64,000 bases of DNA, taken from Eledone cirrhosa. Taxonomy: Eukaryota. The stretch spans positions 43,524,001-43,588,000 of the forward strand of contig OZ024755.1 in NCBI GenBank assembly GCA_964016885.1. Reading direction: 5' to 3'. The notes beneath the pieces were generated by a model, which worked only from the letters and a program-made list of their open reading frames with translations, searched no databases and was not told the DNA's origin. Shown one piece after another: positions 26,231-46,094 of the stretch. A program made the position numbers and the translations under genes. Every line of letters starts with the position of its first letter. The first letter of the stretch is position 1.

Positions 26231-26565
26231 GATGAGGGCATGTGTATATATAGGTGTAAGTGCACTAAATCCCTTTCTATCACTCTCCCCTCTCCTACCG
26301 ACCACATGGAGATATATGTATGTATATTGCTTCCACCCCCTCACTGACCAGCAGCTGGCCATCTGGCCATTGCTAAATCTGACCTTAAAAAAAACCACTC
26401 CCCACAAATAATTCCTCATTCACTACCAGAAAGGGACACACCGCAGTCAACTTGCTGCTACCAAGATGAAAACTACTATGAAACCCCATACTGAATTTTA
26501 TACTTGAATTTTCAAATCTCAAATTTTAACTCTTCTTATTATTAATTTTTCTTAATATTAATCAA

Positions 26566-26610
26566 CATTTGAAAAGATGGCTTTTGCAGACCCATCGAAA
26601 CCAGTTCATT
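26566..26610 (+). ncRNA. Degenerate hammerhead-like motif downstream of the Penelope ORF
   Basis: TTGAAAA gatgg-cttttgcagac-ccatc GAAA ccagttca; 5-bp stem II intact, core mutated. Confidence 0.35.
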
Positions 26611-26636
26611 TTTATACCCTTTATTCTTTCCTTACC

Positions 26637-28750
<2,114 letters not shown>

Positions 28751-28839
28751 TTTTCATAAATACACATGAAGGCGAACTAGCCAGTTTTAGAATTCCCTTT
28801 TTCGGATTATACTACTGTGAGAGCCCTGGTTTCTGTTGA

Positions 28840-28920
28840 GCTCTGCTGATGAATGAAATCCAACCGTGACCATCTCCACTGAAAGTTTTCATGAAATAGT
28901 CTTTGAAGACTATACAGAGC
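28840..28920 (+). ncRNA. Type I hammerhead ribozyme, copy 1
   Basis: gctctg CTGATGA atgaaa-(28 nt)-tttcat GAAA tagtc-tttgaa-gacta TA cagagc; all three stems pair; predicted cut after A28914. Confidence 0.88.
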
Positions 28921-29467
28921 ATTTGATGTTATTCCAAATTGAAGGATAAGTGTTTCAAACTGTATTTTATCATGAGTTAAAGGTCTATAGATTTTTCCCT
29001 GGATTTTACTAAATTCTGTGGATGAATTTATATCCTGATTCTCTTTTGAGATGAGTTTGAGTTATTTTTCCTAAATCTTTCGTTAACTACTTTTCCCATC
29101 TTGACGTTATAGTCGCATATATGTTATAGAATGCCGTTAGCTTCTTGCTAAAACAATCTCTATACCTCTCATTTATATTTATACTCGGATTCTTTTCCTA
29201 GAGTGCTTAAAATATCTGTGACTAATCCCGGTTTTTTTCATAAAAACTGTGATAATTATTGCTATTTTGCTGAACTCCTTTGTAGAGTTTTTTTCAGAAT
29301 GTATTTGACTGCTATTTCTTGTAAATAAACATTCACTTCCATCCTGACGTCACTAGCCCCGTTTTTTCCTCATGTGCTTTTTCATAAATACACATGAAGG
29401 CGAACTAGCCAGTTTTAGAATTCCCTTTTTCGGATTATACTACTGTGAGAGCCCTGGTTTCTGTTGA

Positions 29468-29548
29468 GCTCTGCTGATGAATGAAATCCAACCGTGACCA
29501 TCTCCACTGAAAGTTTTCATGAAATAGTCTTTGAAGACTATACAGAGC
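29468..29548 (+). ncRNA. Type I hammerhead ribozyme, copy 2
   Basis: Identical to copy 1; predicted cut after 29542. Confidence 0.88.
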
Positions 29549-30096
29549 ATTTGATGTTATTCCAAATTGAAGGATAAGTGTTTCAAACTGTATTTTATCA
29601 TGAGTTAAAGGTCTATAGATTTTTCCCTGGATTTTACTAAATTCTGTGGATGAATTTATATCCTGATTCTCTTTTGAGATGAGTTTGAGTTATTTTTCCT
29701 AAATCTTTCGTTAACTACTTTTCCCATCTTGACGTTATAGTCGCATATATGTTATAGAATGCCGTTAGCTTCTTGCTAAAACAATCTCTATACCTCTCAT
29801 TTATATTTATACTCGGATTCTTTTCCTAGAGTGCTTAAAATATCTGTGACTAATCCCGGTTTTTTTCATAAAAACTGTGATAATTATTGCTATTTTGCTG
29901 AACTCCTTTGTAGAGTTTTTTTCAGAATGTATTTGACTGCTATTTCTTGTAAATAAACATTCACTTCCATCCTGACGTCACTAGCCCCGTTTTTTTCCTC
30001 ATGTGCTTTTTCATAAATACACATGAAGGCGAACTAGCCAGTTTTAGAATTCCCTTTTTCGGATTATACTACTGTGAGAGCCCTGGTTTCTGTTGA

Positions 30097-30177
30097 GCTC
30101 TGCTGATGAATGAAATCCAACCGTGACCATCTCCACTGAAAGTTTTCATGAAATAGTCTTTGAAGACTATACAGAGC
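30097..30177 (+). ncRNA. Type I hammerhead ribozyme, copy 3
   Basis: Identical to copy 1; predicted cut after 30171. Confidence 0.88.
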
Positions 30178-30430
30178 ATTTGATGTTATTCCAAATTGAA
30201 GGATAAGTGTTTCAAACTGTATTTTATCATGAGTTAAAGGTCTATAGATTTTTCCCTGGATTTTACTAAATTCTGTGGATGAATTTATATCCTGATTCTC
30301 TTTTGAGATGAGTTTGAGTTATTTTTCCTAAATCTTTCGTTAACTACTTTTCCCATCTTGACGTTATAGTCGCATATATGTTATAGAATGCCGTTAGCTT
30401 CTTGCTAAAACAATCTCTATACCTCTCATT

Positions 30431-31222
<792 letters not shown>

Positions 31223-31261
31223 ATTAAATAAATGGAAAACTATATTTATAAAACCATATCT

Positions 31262-31325
31262 ATTTCATTATATATATTTCGGGGATATCATATTAACAAT
31301 ATGTTATGCCTTCATCAGACAAAAT
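31262..31325 (-). ncRNA. Weak/degenerate hammerhead motif
   Basis: Minus strand: ttgt CTGATGA aggcata...tatcccc GAAA tata TA..; stem II has a mismatch, stem I is weak. Confidence 0.4.
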
Positions 31326-31690
31326 ACAATATAAACAGTTTTATAGATAGATAAATATATTCGACATACCGTAATAAATATCAACTTCATTTGAAGAGGT
31401 TTACTCTAGCAGTGAAAATACAGAGAGAAAGAAAGAGAGAAAGAAAAGAGGGAAAAAAGAAAGAAAGAAAGACAAAACGAAGAAGAGGAAGAAAAAGAAG
31501 AAAAAGAAAAAGAAGAAATGCATGGGACAAAATAGAGAGATGGAAAAATAGATAAAGCGAAGAGCTTCATGTAAAGAGACAGAGAGAGATATATATATAT
31601 ATAGAGAGAGGAAATAGAGATAGATACATATATATATATAGAAAATTAGGTAGTGGGAGGTCATTTTGAGTAAGTGTATCAATGATACAT

Positions 31691-31725
<35 letters not shown>

Positions 31726-32311
31726 GCTCAAGTATTAATGTAAGGGAGATATATAGAGAGATATAGAGAGATATAGAGAGATATAGAGAGAGAAAAAAAT
31801 TTAAAAATAGCCAGACATATTCGAGGCGTAGAAAACCCTATGTTTTAATGTATTAGTATTTATAAAACTTACACTATATTGTAAATATCAGTATTCCTGA
31901 ATGAAACAAGTATTCACAATGTGTTAAAATTCATTATCTTATGTTTAGTTTTAAAAAATTCATATGTTTATGTGACAGCTACAAACATCAATGTGAATCC
32001 AACTGATTCACTCTGCAAACTTTTAGTTACCGGAAAACATTCTCAGTGTGGTATAAAAATTTGAGCGTATTATTATTCTTGCGATTACTCTACAAGATTA
32101 TCTATCAAGCAGAAATAGAGAGCAGATTTCAATATACTAATCGAAAATATATATTATATTATAAACAAAGATAACAATAATAATAATAATAAGTAAAAAT
32201 ATATAAAAATATAGAATAGAAAACTAAAAAAAATATATTACGAAAGAATATTACATAATAAAAATATTGCATATTACAAATACTACGTATTAAAAAATAT
32301 TACGTATTAAA

Positions 32312-32347
<36 letters not shown>

Positions 32348-32352
<5 letters not shown>

Positions 32353-32950
32353 GAGACGTATAGAGATTGTTTTAGCAAGAAGCTAACGGCATTCTATAAC
32401 ATATATGCGACTATAACGTCAAGATGGGAAAAGTAGTTAACGAAAGATTTAGGAAAAATAACTCAAACTCATCTCAAAAGAGAATCAGGATACAAATTCA
32501 TCCACAGAATTTAGTAAAATCCATGGAAAAATCTATAGACCTTTAACTCATGATAAAACAAAGTTTGAAACACTTATCCTTCAATTTGGAATAACATCAA
32601 ATGCTCTGTATAGTCTTAAAAGACTATTTCATGAAAACTTTCAGTGGAGATGGTCACGGTTGGAATATCATTCATCAGCAGAGCTCAACAGAAAACCAGG
32701 GCTCTCACAGTAATATAGTCCGAAAAAGGGAATTCTAAAACTGTTATGAAAAAGCACATGAGGAAAAAACGGGGCTAGTGACGTCAGGATGGAACTGAAT
32801 GTGTATTTACAAGAAATAGCAGTCAAATACATTCTGAAAAAAACTCTACAAGGAGTTCAGCAAAATAGCAATAATTATCACAGTTTTTATGAAAAAAACC
32901 GGGATTAGTCACAGATAGTTTAAGCACTCTAGGAAAAGAATCCGAGTATA
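32348..32950 (-). mobile_element. Single inverted, slightly diverged monomer of the 629-bp HHR repeat
   Basis: Reverse complement of the array unit from tatactcggattc to ctcattt; ~22-bp deletion plus substitutions; TA repeats on both sides. Confidence 0.9.
32603..32684 (-). ncRNA. Type I hammerhead ribozyme, inverted copy
   Basis: Minus strand: gctctg CTGATGA atgata..tttcat GAAA tagtc-ttttaa-gacta TA cagagc; core and stems I/III intact, one stem II mismatch. Confidence 0.8.
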
Positions 32951-38232
<5,282 letters not shown>

Positions 38233-38920
38233 TGCACGTTGCACATCTCAATGGGGAAGGGGATCGGTGACGGCCGTACATTCCCAGAACAATGTGTCCG
38301 AGGACGGAGTACCACGTCATGTCCTGGACGTCCGTAGAATCACTGTGTCAACGGACTCCAAGGAAGCGGAACCCCAAAGTGCCGCCCCAACACTGCGGAG
38401 ATCGCAAAGAAGACGCAAACCACCAACCTTTCATATGCAGAAGGACGAGGGGGAAATTGATCCTTGAGATCGCGGGGTGGGGTATGCTGTGGCCGGAAGC
38501 GGGGAGTGCTCGACCGGAAGTGTGCTTGGCCGGAAGGATGCTCGACCGGAAGGACCAGCTGATGGGCCTCTCTCTAGTGGTGACCAGCAACGGTGTGGAC
38601 GCGAGTTCTGGCACGTGGAAGAGGAGAAAACAGCAGTGGGATTTAGCGGCGCCTATGAAAAGCGGTAAGTGAGAGAGGTTTTTTTAACCACAGGTTGTAC
38701 ATTTTTTCAGGGTGTGTACAACCCATGTGTAATACCTCCCCCCTATTGGGGATTTCGATTGTTAACTTTAATATTATTGTTATTAATTCTTTTTTCTTTA
38801 CACGCCTGTATGTAAACTCCCCACTATATGTATGTATTTGTATTTGTCCCCATCTTTTTGCGCCCTTGTGGCAAATAAAGAAATATATCTGTCTTTCAAT
38901 TGTTATCTATTAAATTTTCT
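38233..38920 (+). mobile_element. Ty3/Gypsy-like 3' remnant: integrase C-terminal tail, polypurine tract, putative 3' LTR
   Basis: [40 protein letters not shown] then stop; ggggtgggg at 38474-38482; AATAAA near 38874. Confidence 0.6.
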
Positions 38921-39067
38921 TTCATCTGTCTTTCAATTGTTATCTATTAAATTTTCTTTTATCTGTCTTTCAATTGTTATCTATTAAATTTTCTTTCATC
39001 TGTCTTTCAATTGTTATCTATTAAATTTTCTTTTATCTGTCTTTCAATTGTTATCTATTAAATTTTC
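38887..39067. repeat. 37-bp tandem repeat, ~5 copies
   Basis: atctgtctttcaattgttatctattaaattttcttt(c/t) at 38887, 38924, 38961, 38998, 39035. Confidence 0.92.
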
Positions 39068-39881
39068 AATTTGAAAACAAAAGAAAGAAGACTCATCAGT
39101 AATATTGTTGGTCAAGTAGGTTTGAAGTGTTCTTACATTTCACTTACACACTGATGAACGAGGCAATGAGCAAGGGAGGGTTGGAAGAAACACTAGGTGT
39201 AGGCGCTCAATCTGCTAGAAATAGCAGCCAAATTCTTTCAATCTACAACTTACTGCCATCCAGTGACTGAAAAAAAGACGGTTAGATCACGGCTGGAACG
39301 CCTTGATCAAGACCAAACAACAATAACAAATATAACTGCTGGACAGTAGCCCCGTTCTTACACGAGGTAGCTTAAATGTTTTAAGAAAAAAGAACGTTGA
39401 ATAATGAAGTTTTAGATATGCTGTTTGAACATAGAATCGAAGGTGATTGCTGGAACACCTTTGATTGTATGGCCTGTTCGATCATATTTGATTGGTACTA
39501 ATTTGATTAATCCCATCAGAATAAAAAGTAAAGTTGATCCTGTCAGAATTTGAACTCAAAATATAAAACCGAACTAATTACATATCACTAACAATGTTAA
39601 CCTAAACTCTACTGATTCCTTCATCTACATATAATATCAACACAAGTGGATAAGTTCCTTCAGAATGAAAATATAAACAGAGCATATAAATAAAATTACA
39701 GTAGAATAACATAACAAATATGTTTTAAATATATACATAAATAACACTACAAAGGATGGTATAATGAAAGATAAATTCCTTCAATGCTACAATATTAAGG
39801 AAAATGTAAAAGAAGGGGTGAACAACGGAGCCAACACCAGAGCAAAAGACAGCAACGTCGCGAGTACTGGGCAACCGCTCT

Positions 39882-40056
39882 AATATTAGTTTCTAATTTA
39901 GACACAAAGCCAGCAATTAAATCGACCCTAGTGCGTTACTAGTAATTTATTTTATCGACCCTGTTGAGATGAAAAGTAAAGCTAACCTCGGCGAGATTTG
40001 AACTTGAACGTAAAGGACCGTAACTCTATGCCGCAAAGCATGTTGTCCGATGCCAA
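39882..40056 (-). mobile_element. SINE family A (diverged)
   Basis: ttttatcgaccc...gatgaaaagtaaagctaacctcggcgagatttgaact. Confidence 0.75.
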
Positions 40057-40112
40057 CCCCACCCTCATCTAATAATACAAAGAAAAAAAAAACAGCACTT
40101 ACCAAGATAGTG

Positions 40113-41570
40113 TTATTGGTATTTTTCTAAGAAATCTGAATGGAATTTTTTAAAACGGATTATAAGATCCTTAAATACATCTTTGGGTGGCAAAATAGTA
40201 ATCCGAAAATGATAAGTACCCTCGCGTTGACCGAACCCACTTCCGGGGACCACACAAATACCAGTCTTTTCTAAAAGTTCATAGCAATAGAAACTGTCTG
40301 GACTCATTTGTAACCTCTTAGCTTCCTTTATGGCCTTTTCTGGTAGATGGATACGAGGAAAACAATACATTGCCCCTTGAACTTCATTGCTTGATACACC
40401 GTCGATAGATTTGAACATTTCCGTGACCATGAGAGCTTTCTTCTGAAGTTGGTTGAGTACATAGGTTTTTTCTTCCATGAAAAGCTGGTAAGATGGTTCA
40501 CCTTCGACTGGCGGGTTGACCACTGTATCGATAACGATTTGACCCAAGACAGGTGGGCAAAGGCGGGCAGTGATACTTTTCAAAATGACTTTCTTCGCAT
40601 CGTAGTTAATGTTGGTTAATTCAGCATAACCACCTCTGAAACCACATTCTCCCATATATCCTTTTGATGCAGACATAAAAGAAACTAACTCCACATTGTT
40701 GTACTCAGGCCCCATTTCTTTAAGGACTTTTTTTAATGAATAAAACTCTGCATCCTTTGTGTATATATTGTGTTGATAAACTTCATCTGCTAAAATAAAC
40801 AATCTCTGACGTTTTGCGAATATAATGATATCGCGAATATTTTCTTTGGTCAGTACTTGACCAGTTGGGTTTCCCGGGTTAATTACACATATTGCTCGTG
40901 GTTGGCACTGGGATTTTGCCTTCTGATAAGCAGATCCAATTTCAGTTAGGTTCAAAGCCCAGCCGTTGTCTTCATCAAGGTAATAGTAAATGGGATAAGC
41001 GTTATATTCCGTTAATGTTGCTGAATACAGAGGATATTGGGGAACTGGTATCATGATACCTGCTCTTTTTTTCCCTGATTCCCCAGTCATTAACATATTC
41101 AAAATAAGTTTTATACCATCACTAGCACCAGTTGTTAAAATAATATCGTCAACAGAAGCCGAGTAGCCGTCCCTATCTGTGATATATTTAGCTATATCCT
41201 CTCGTATAACACGAAGTCCTTCACTGTTAGAGTAAGACCCTATGCTTCGTCCACGACAGTCCTCCAGGATTCGATTAGCACGTTGTTTGCAGTCAATCGG
41301 TATTTTGGGATCGTTCATAAGGCGTTCAGGGTATAAACACAGTGCCATTACTTGCCGTATGAATGTTATAGGTTTCTGTCCCGTCGCATGACAGTCTCCA
41401 ATGTTCGCTTTTACCACTTTATCAAATGGATAATTGTTTCTTCCTTTCTCTATATCTAATTCTATTTCGTTAGCTCTCATCACTATTGGACCCCTAACAG
41501 CATATTCCATCGCTTTTACGAAAGGATTTATTGTATCCATCGTCAGAACCTTTTGCTTATCGTTACTCAT
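40113..41570 (-). CDS. GPT: Alanine aminotransferase (glutamate-pyruvate transaminase; PLP-dependent class I/II), single coding exon, 485 aa
   Basis: EYAVRGPIV, ANIGD, GSYS, PQYPLYSA, INPGNPTGQVL, ADEVYQ, SASKGYMGECGFRGGY (PLP lysine), VPGSGFGQREGTYHFRITILP; aaaaATG context with an in-frame stop 25 codons upstream. Confidence 0.96.
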   Translation of the reverse strand: MSNDKQKVLTMDTINPFVKAMEYAVRGPIVMRANEIELDIEKGRNNYPFDKVVKANIGDCHATGQKPITFIRQVMALCLYPERLMNDPKIPIDCKQRANRILEDCRGRSIGSYSNSEGLRVIREDIAKYITDRDGYSASVDDIILTTGASDGIKLILNMLMTGESGKKRAGIMIPVPQYPLYSATLTEYNAYPIYYYLDEDNGWALNLTEIGSAYQKAKSQCQPRAICVINPGNPTGQVLTKENIRDIIIFAKRQRLFILADEVYQHNIYTKDAEFYSLKKVLKEMGPEYNNVELVSFMSASKGYMGECGFRGGYAELTNINYDAKKVILKSITARLCPPVLGQIVIDTVVNPPVEGEPSYQLFMEEKTYVLNQLQKKALMVTEMFKSIDGVSSNEVQGAMYCFPRIHLPEKAIKEAKRLQMSPDSFYCYELLEKTGICVVPGSGFGQREGTYHFRITILPPKDVFKDLIIRFKKFHSDFLEKYQ

Positions 41571-41956
41571 TTTTGTTTGTTTTGGTTTGTTTAACCAACA
41601 ACTGAAGTTATACAGGAGTCGATATATGGAGGGCTGGCTTGTCTATTTACTTTTTTCCTTTCTTCAATAGCTGATATGTAGTAGGTCTTTCCCACTGAGA
41701 AAGTAGCAGTCGAAATAAATATTTCTTCCACAGACAACTGTAATTCTCTTGCCTAATAGCCGTAATTTTGTCAAACACAGTTGGTGACGAAAGCTAAAGT
41801 GGTTGTATGACCAGCTCCTCTCCTAAAGAACATCTCAGTGAAAACAACCTTACATTATTTCCAGTCCCCTCCCTTATTTACATTTTTTTTTTTCCTTCGT
41901 TTTAATGAATATTCCTCTACACACATTCCATGTAGATAGCCGTTAAAACTCGACTG

Positions 41957-41974
41957 ATAGTGCTACATAGGCAG

Positions 41975-42041
<67 letters not shown>

Positions 42042-42350
42042 TATGTATATATATATATATGTATGTGTGTGTGAGAGAATGTACCACCCGTTTCCACCTA
42101 CCTTTCTCCTTTTTCTCAACTTTCTACATTGAAAAACGCTGACGTGTATGTATATGTATGTATGTGTGTGTACATATGTATATGTATGTGTGTGTATATG
42201 TATGTATATGTATGTATCTATGAGTCTGTATTTATATGTATGCGTGTGTATGTATGTATGTGTATCTACGTGTGTGTATTTATATGTATGTGTGTGTGGG
42301 AGGTGTATATGTGCGTAGATATTTTATGCAAGTGTGCGTGTGTGTGTGTG
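41957..42350. repeat. (TA)n and (TG/TATG)n microsatellites
   Basis: Direct inspection. Confidence 0.8.
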
Positions 42351-42815
42351 ATCACTTGTATTTTGTGTTTGTTTATAACGGATATTTTCTTGTAATGCTC
42401 GGGCTAGGTGCGTCCGATTCTAGGTCCGTCATTGGTCACTCCATTGTTAGTGTCTGGCTGGATGGTCTAAAGATGGGATGGGCTTTTTGTTGTGTTAACA
42501 CTGGCCTGTCGGGGACCAGGCAGAGTCTGGGAAACATTTGTAACCAGGGCTGAGCTAGAAATCTCATATAACACCTCTACTTTGTTCTTCGGACATACTG
42601 AGTGTGCATGTAAAATATATATATAAATATATGTTTGTGTATAGTGGTAGCTATGGTGCTTCTTCCATAGGCGGTATGCCAAAATTAGCACTCGATATTC
42701 ATCAGAGTAGAATCAGCCAGATCCATACAAGGACCATGACTCGATGCATCACTGGACCAAGTCCAGATGCATCACTGATTTTTCGTTTTCTTGATAAATA
42801 AAAAAAAAAAAAAAA

Positions 42816-42859
<44 letters not shown>

Positions 42860-42891
42860 AGATCAAAAGATGGTTAAAGGAGTTCAATATA

Positions 42892-42959
42892 TTTTATTAT
42901 GCGCATTTCAAAAACAAACATCATCAAAACAATAATATTTGTGTTTTCATCAGATAAAA
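42892..42959 (-). ncRNA. Type I hammerhead ribozyme (mirror copy)
   Basis: Reverse complement of 43103-43170. Confidence 0.72.
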
Positions 42960-43102
42960 CAGGAGAACATGATATGAAGGCTAAAAAAACACTTGTTGAT
43001 AGTGCAGTTTTAAATCAACATATCAACATATGTTGATTTAAAACTGATTTAAAACTGCACTATCAACAAGTGTTTTTTTAGCCTTCATATCATGTTCTCC
43101 TG

Positions 43103-43170
43103 TTTTATCTGATGAAAACACAAATATTATTGTTTTGATGATGTTTGTTTTTGAAATGCGCATAATAAAA
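43103..43170 (+). ncRNA. Type I hammerhead ribozyme with palindromic stem III
   Basis: ttttat CTGATGA aaaca...tgttttt GAAA tgcgca TA ataaaa; 6-bp stem I; AUA site. Confidence 0.72.
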
Positions 43171-43320
43171 TATATTGAACTCCTTTAACCATCTTTTGAT
43201 CTTATATTATGCATACTCCAGTCCCACAAACTGTAGAGTGCTTCTTATCCGATATCTGCATTGCTTTATTGTACTACAATAAAACTCACCTCCTACATAT
43301 ATACATATATATATATATAT

Positions 43321-43517
43321 GGTGGCACATGGGTTAGTGGTTAGAGCATTGGCTTGGCCTTGCAATCGAAAGGCTGTGAGTTCAATTCTCAGACCGGGTG
43401 TAAATGAGGTTGGTGTTAGGAAGGGCATCCAGCTATAGAAATCAAACCAGAATCAGTTCCCGTCCCACCCTTGCAAGCAGGGAAAAAGCGGACGTAAAAT
43501 GAAATGATGATGATGAT
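43321..43517 (+). mobile_element. SINE family B with internal (core) deletion
   Basis: tRNA head joined directly to the RTE-like tail at gaccgggtg|taaatgagg. Confidence 0.8.
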
Positions 43518-43576
43518 ATATATATGCTATATATATATATATATATATATATGCTATATATATATATATATATATG

Positions 43577-43608
<32 letters not shown>

Positions 43609-43610
<2 letters not shown>

Positions 43611-44793
43611 GGGAAATGGCCATGCTCAGTGTGTAGGAAAGGAGTAGGCAGAAACTCCATTTTATGTCCCAAATGCAAAGTATGGGTACATAAAAGATGT
43701 AGTGGGATCACAGGTAAGCTAACTAAGAATATAGATTTTATATTGGCCGGTGCTCTGGTGCAATAAGTAGCAGCAAGTGTCCACAGAATACTAGCTCATT
43801 CCATTGCACAGATGGTTCTATAGAAATAGTGGACACCTTCCGTTACCTGGGTGACAAAATCAGCATTGGGGGAGGGTGCTCTGAAAGTACAGTAGCTAGA
43901 GTCAGAACGGGATGGAAAAAGTTCAGAGAGCTTATACCACTATTGGTTGCTAAAGGGTTCTCTCTAAAAATGAAAGGCAGGCTGTATGATGCCTGCATAC
44001 GAACAACAATGTTACATGGGAGTGAGACCTGGGCATTGTGTGCAGAGGATATACGCAGACTGGAGAGAAACGAAGCTTGCATACTCCGCTGGATATGTAA
44101 TAGTAACATACGTGAACGGCAAAGCATAAACGAACTAAGGGAGAAATTAGGAATAAGAGGGATCAGATGTTGTTTACTCGAGAGAAGACTACGTTGGTAC
44201 GGTCACGTGATGCGCATGAAAGACGACAGGTGTATAAAAAAGTGCAGGGCAATAAAAATAGATGGTAGCCACGGAGTAGGCAGACCCAGAAAAACCTGGG
44301 ACGACTTGATAAATTTCGACCTCACACACTTACACCTCTCCAAGACAATGTCACCGGACCAAGATCTTTGGCGCTACACAGTAATACAGAAGACCCGCCT
44401 TACCTAAGTACAAAGTGAAACCTACTACAGTCAGTAGGCACCTCTAACAAAAATACACCCCCGTCCCACTACCCCCACCCCATCCACACCACCCCTTTCA
44501 ATGTAAAGTTATGTTGGTACCACAACATCCAGTCCGAAACAAATGAGGTCGTGTAGGTGTCACGACAAAAAAAACACAGTCCACGCTGTAATGTGGCCGT
44601 GTAGGTAACACGGTAAAAACCTCCCAGTCCACACTGTAAACGTGGTTGGTGTTAGGAAGGGCATCCAGCCGTAGAAAACCCGCCAGACAGTCCTATGCGA
44701 GCAAGACAACCATTCTTGCCTCAAATGGGAAAACTCCCGTCTAAACCCATGCAAGCGTGGAAGATGGACGTTAAACGATGATGATGATGATGA
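43609..44793 (+). mobile_element. RTE-clade LINE 3' fragment
   Basis: SGKWPCSVCRKGVGRNSILCPKC, DTFRYLGD, LHGSETW, LRWYGHVMRM, GRPRKTW; (gat)n tail; same family as 15120-18273. Confidence 0.92.
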
Positions 44794-45454
44794 TATATGC
44801 GTGTTTGCAAGCGAGTATGTATCTGTGCGTCTATATATGGATATATGTGTGTGTGCGTGGGTGGAGGGGGGTCTACGTATATGTCTACGTGTTTATGAGT
44901 ACGTGTATACATACGTGTATGCATGTGTATGAACATGTGTGTGTGCGTGTTGATGTACATAGGCTTGTGTCTATGTATGTACGTGCCTCTCTGGATGAAT
45001 GTATGCGTATGTTTATATGTTCTCCTTAATGTGTAGGTATAATGGGAGTCTATGCGTACGACTGTCGGTATCTATGTGGTTGTGTATGTGTGTGTGAGTG
45101 CGCGTGTGGATGTGTGGACCACCAAACACAGCAGTAATTCATTGAAGTGTAGCAGACATGTGACAGTGGACTGATACCTGTGATCAGAATTTATGATGAC
45201 ATAGACAAGCAGCAGCGAATCACTGTTTTATTGGGTGAGTGTTGGGTCCGCTTGGCGCTATTCTCCCTCATAAAGGAATTCAGTTGATCAAACTGGAATA
45301 CTCATTGTTGAAACCAATAGAAATTAATTTACTTTTATAGTGTGTGTTAGAAAACACTGCCAGACATTGTGTGTGTGTGTAACAGCTCACACCTATGCAG
45401 GTTTAGCTGGCCTCCTCCAAGGTATATCTTGTTGGAGGTGTCTTGGCTGATTTA

Positions 45455-45622
45455 ATGATAGGGACCCCAGTCCTATCATCTCATTTCTACAGCTGAGTAA
45501 ACTGGAGCAACATGAAATAAAGTGTCTTGCTCAAGGAAACAACACATCACCCGGTCTGAGAATTGAACTCACAACCTTTCGATTGCAAGTCCAATGCTCT
45601 AACCACTAAGCCACGCATCTTC
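45455..45622 (-). mobile_element. SINE family B, 5' part
   Basis: Matches 1795-1963. Confidence 0.8.
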
Positions 45623-46094
45623 ACTGTCAGACATTGGTTGACCTTTGTAGCAGTCATTGTTCTCAATATTGTGTCATTGTAACATTTATTTATGCGTATC
45701 TGTTTATTTATTGTGTTTGAGGAGTTTAATGTCTTATCTACTTATTCTTTATGTAGCCTTGAAAGTTTAGTAAAATCAGTAGTTTGAAAAAATGTGGTGT
45801 CTAGTTACAGTTCCTTACGGTCTGAATTCAATTTCTGCCAAGGTCAACTTTACCTCTCGTTATTCTGAAGGTGGTAATAAATGTAATACAAGTTAGATAA
45901 TAGGAGCCATATAATCAACTTGGGCCTTCTCCAAAATTTTGGGCTTTTTGTCTGTGTTTTACTTTTGCTTTCCATGCTGGCATTGGTTGGGCAGATAGTT
46001 ATTGCCCTCTTAGACAACAGAGCTTCTATGGCTGGATGCCCTTTACAGAGTGTACTGGGTGCATTCTACCCAGAAATAGATACAAGACTAAAGA

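Larger units (their letters stand above)
42852..43210. repeat. ~165-bp essentially perfect inverted repeat containing a hammerhead motif
   Basis: 42852-43017 is the reverse complement of 43045-43210. Confidence 0.93.

Noticed and set aside
29345-29352. TGACGTCA CRE/ATF site in the 629-bp unit
   Set aside because: A single 8-mer cannot support a promoter call without expression data.
39145-39205. CTGATGA...GAAAcac-tag-gtgTA hammerhead-like match
   Set aside because: Stem III forms but stems I and II do not pair; likely chance.
40113-41570. Bacterial horizontal transfer or contamination as the source of the intronless ALT
   Set aside because: Motifs (SKGYMGECGFRGGY, GSGFGQREGTYHFR) are of the eukaryotic ALT type and the flanks are host SINEs and microsatellites.
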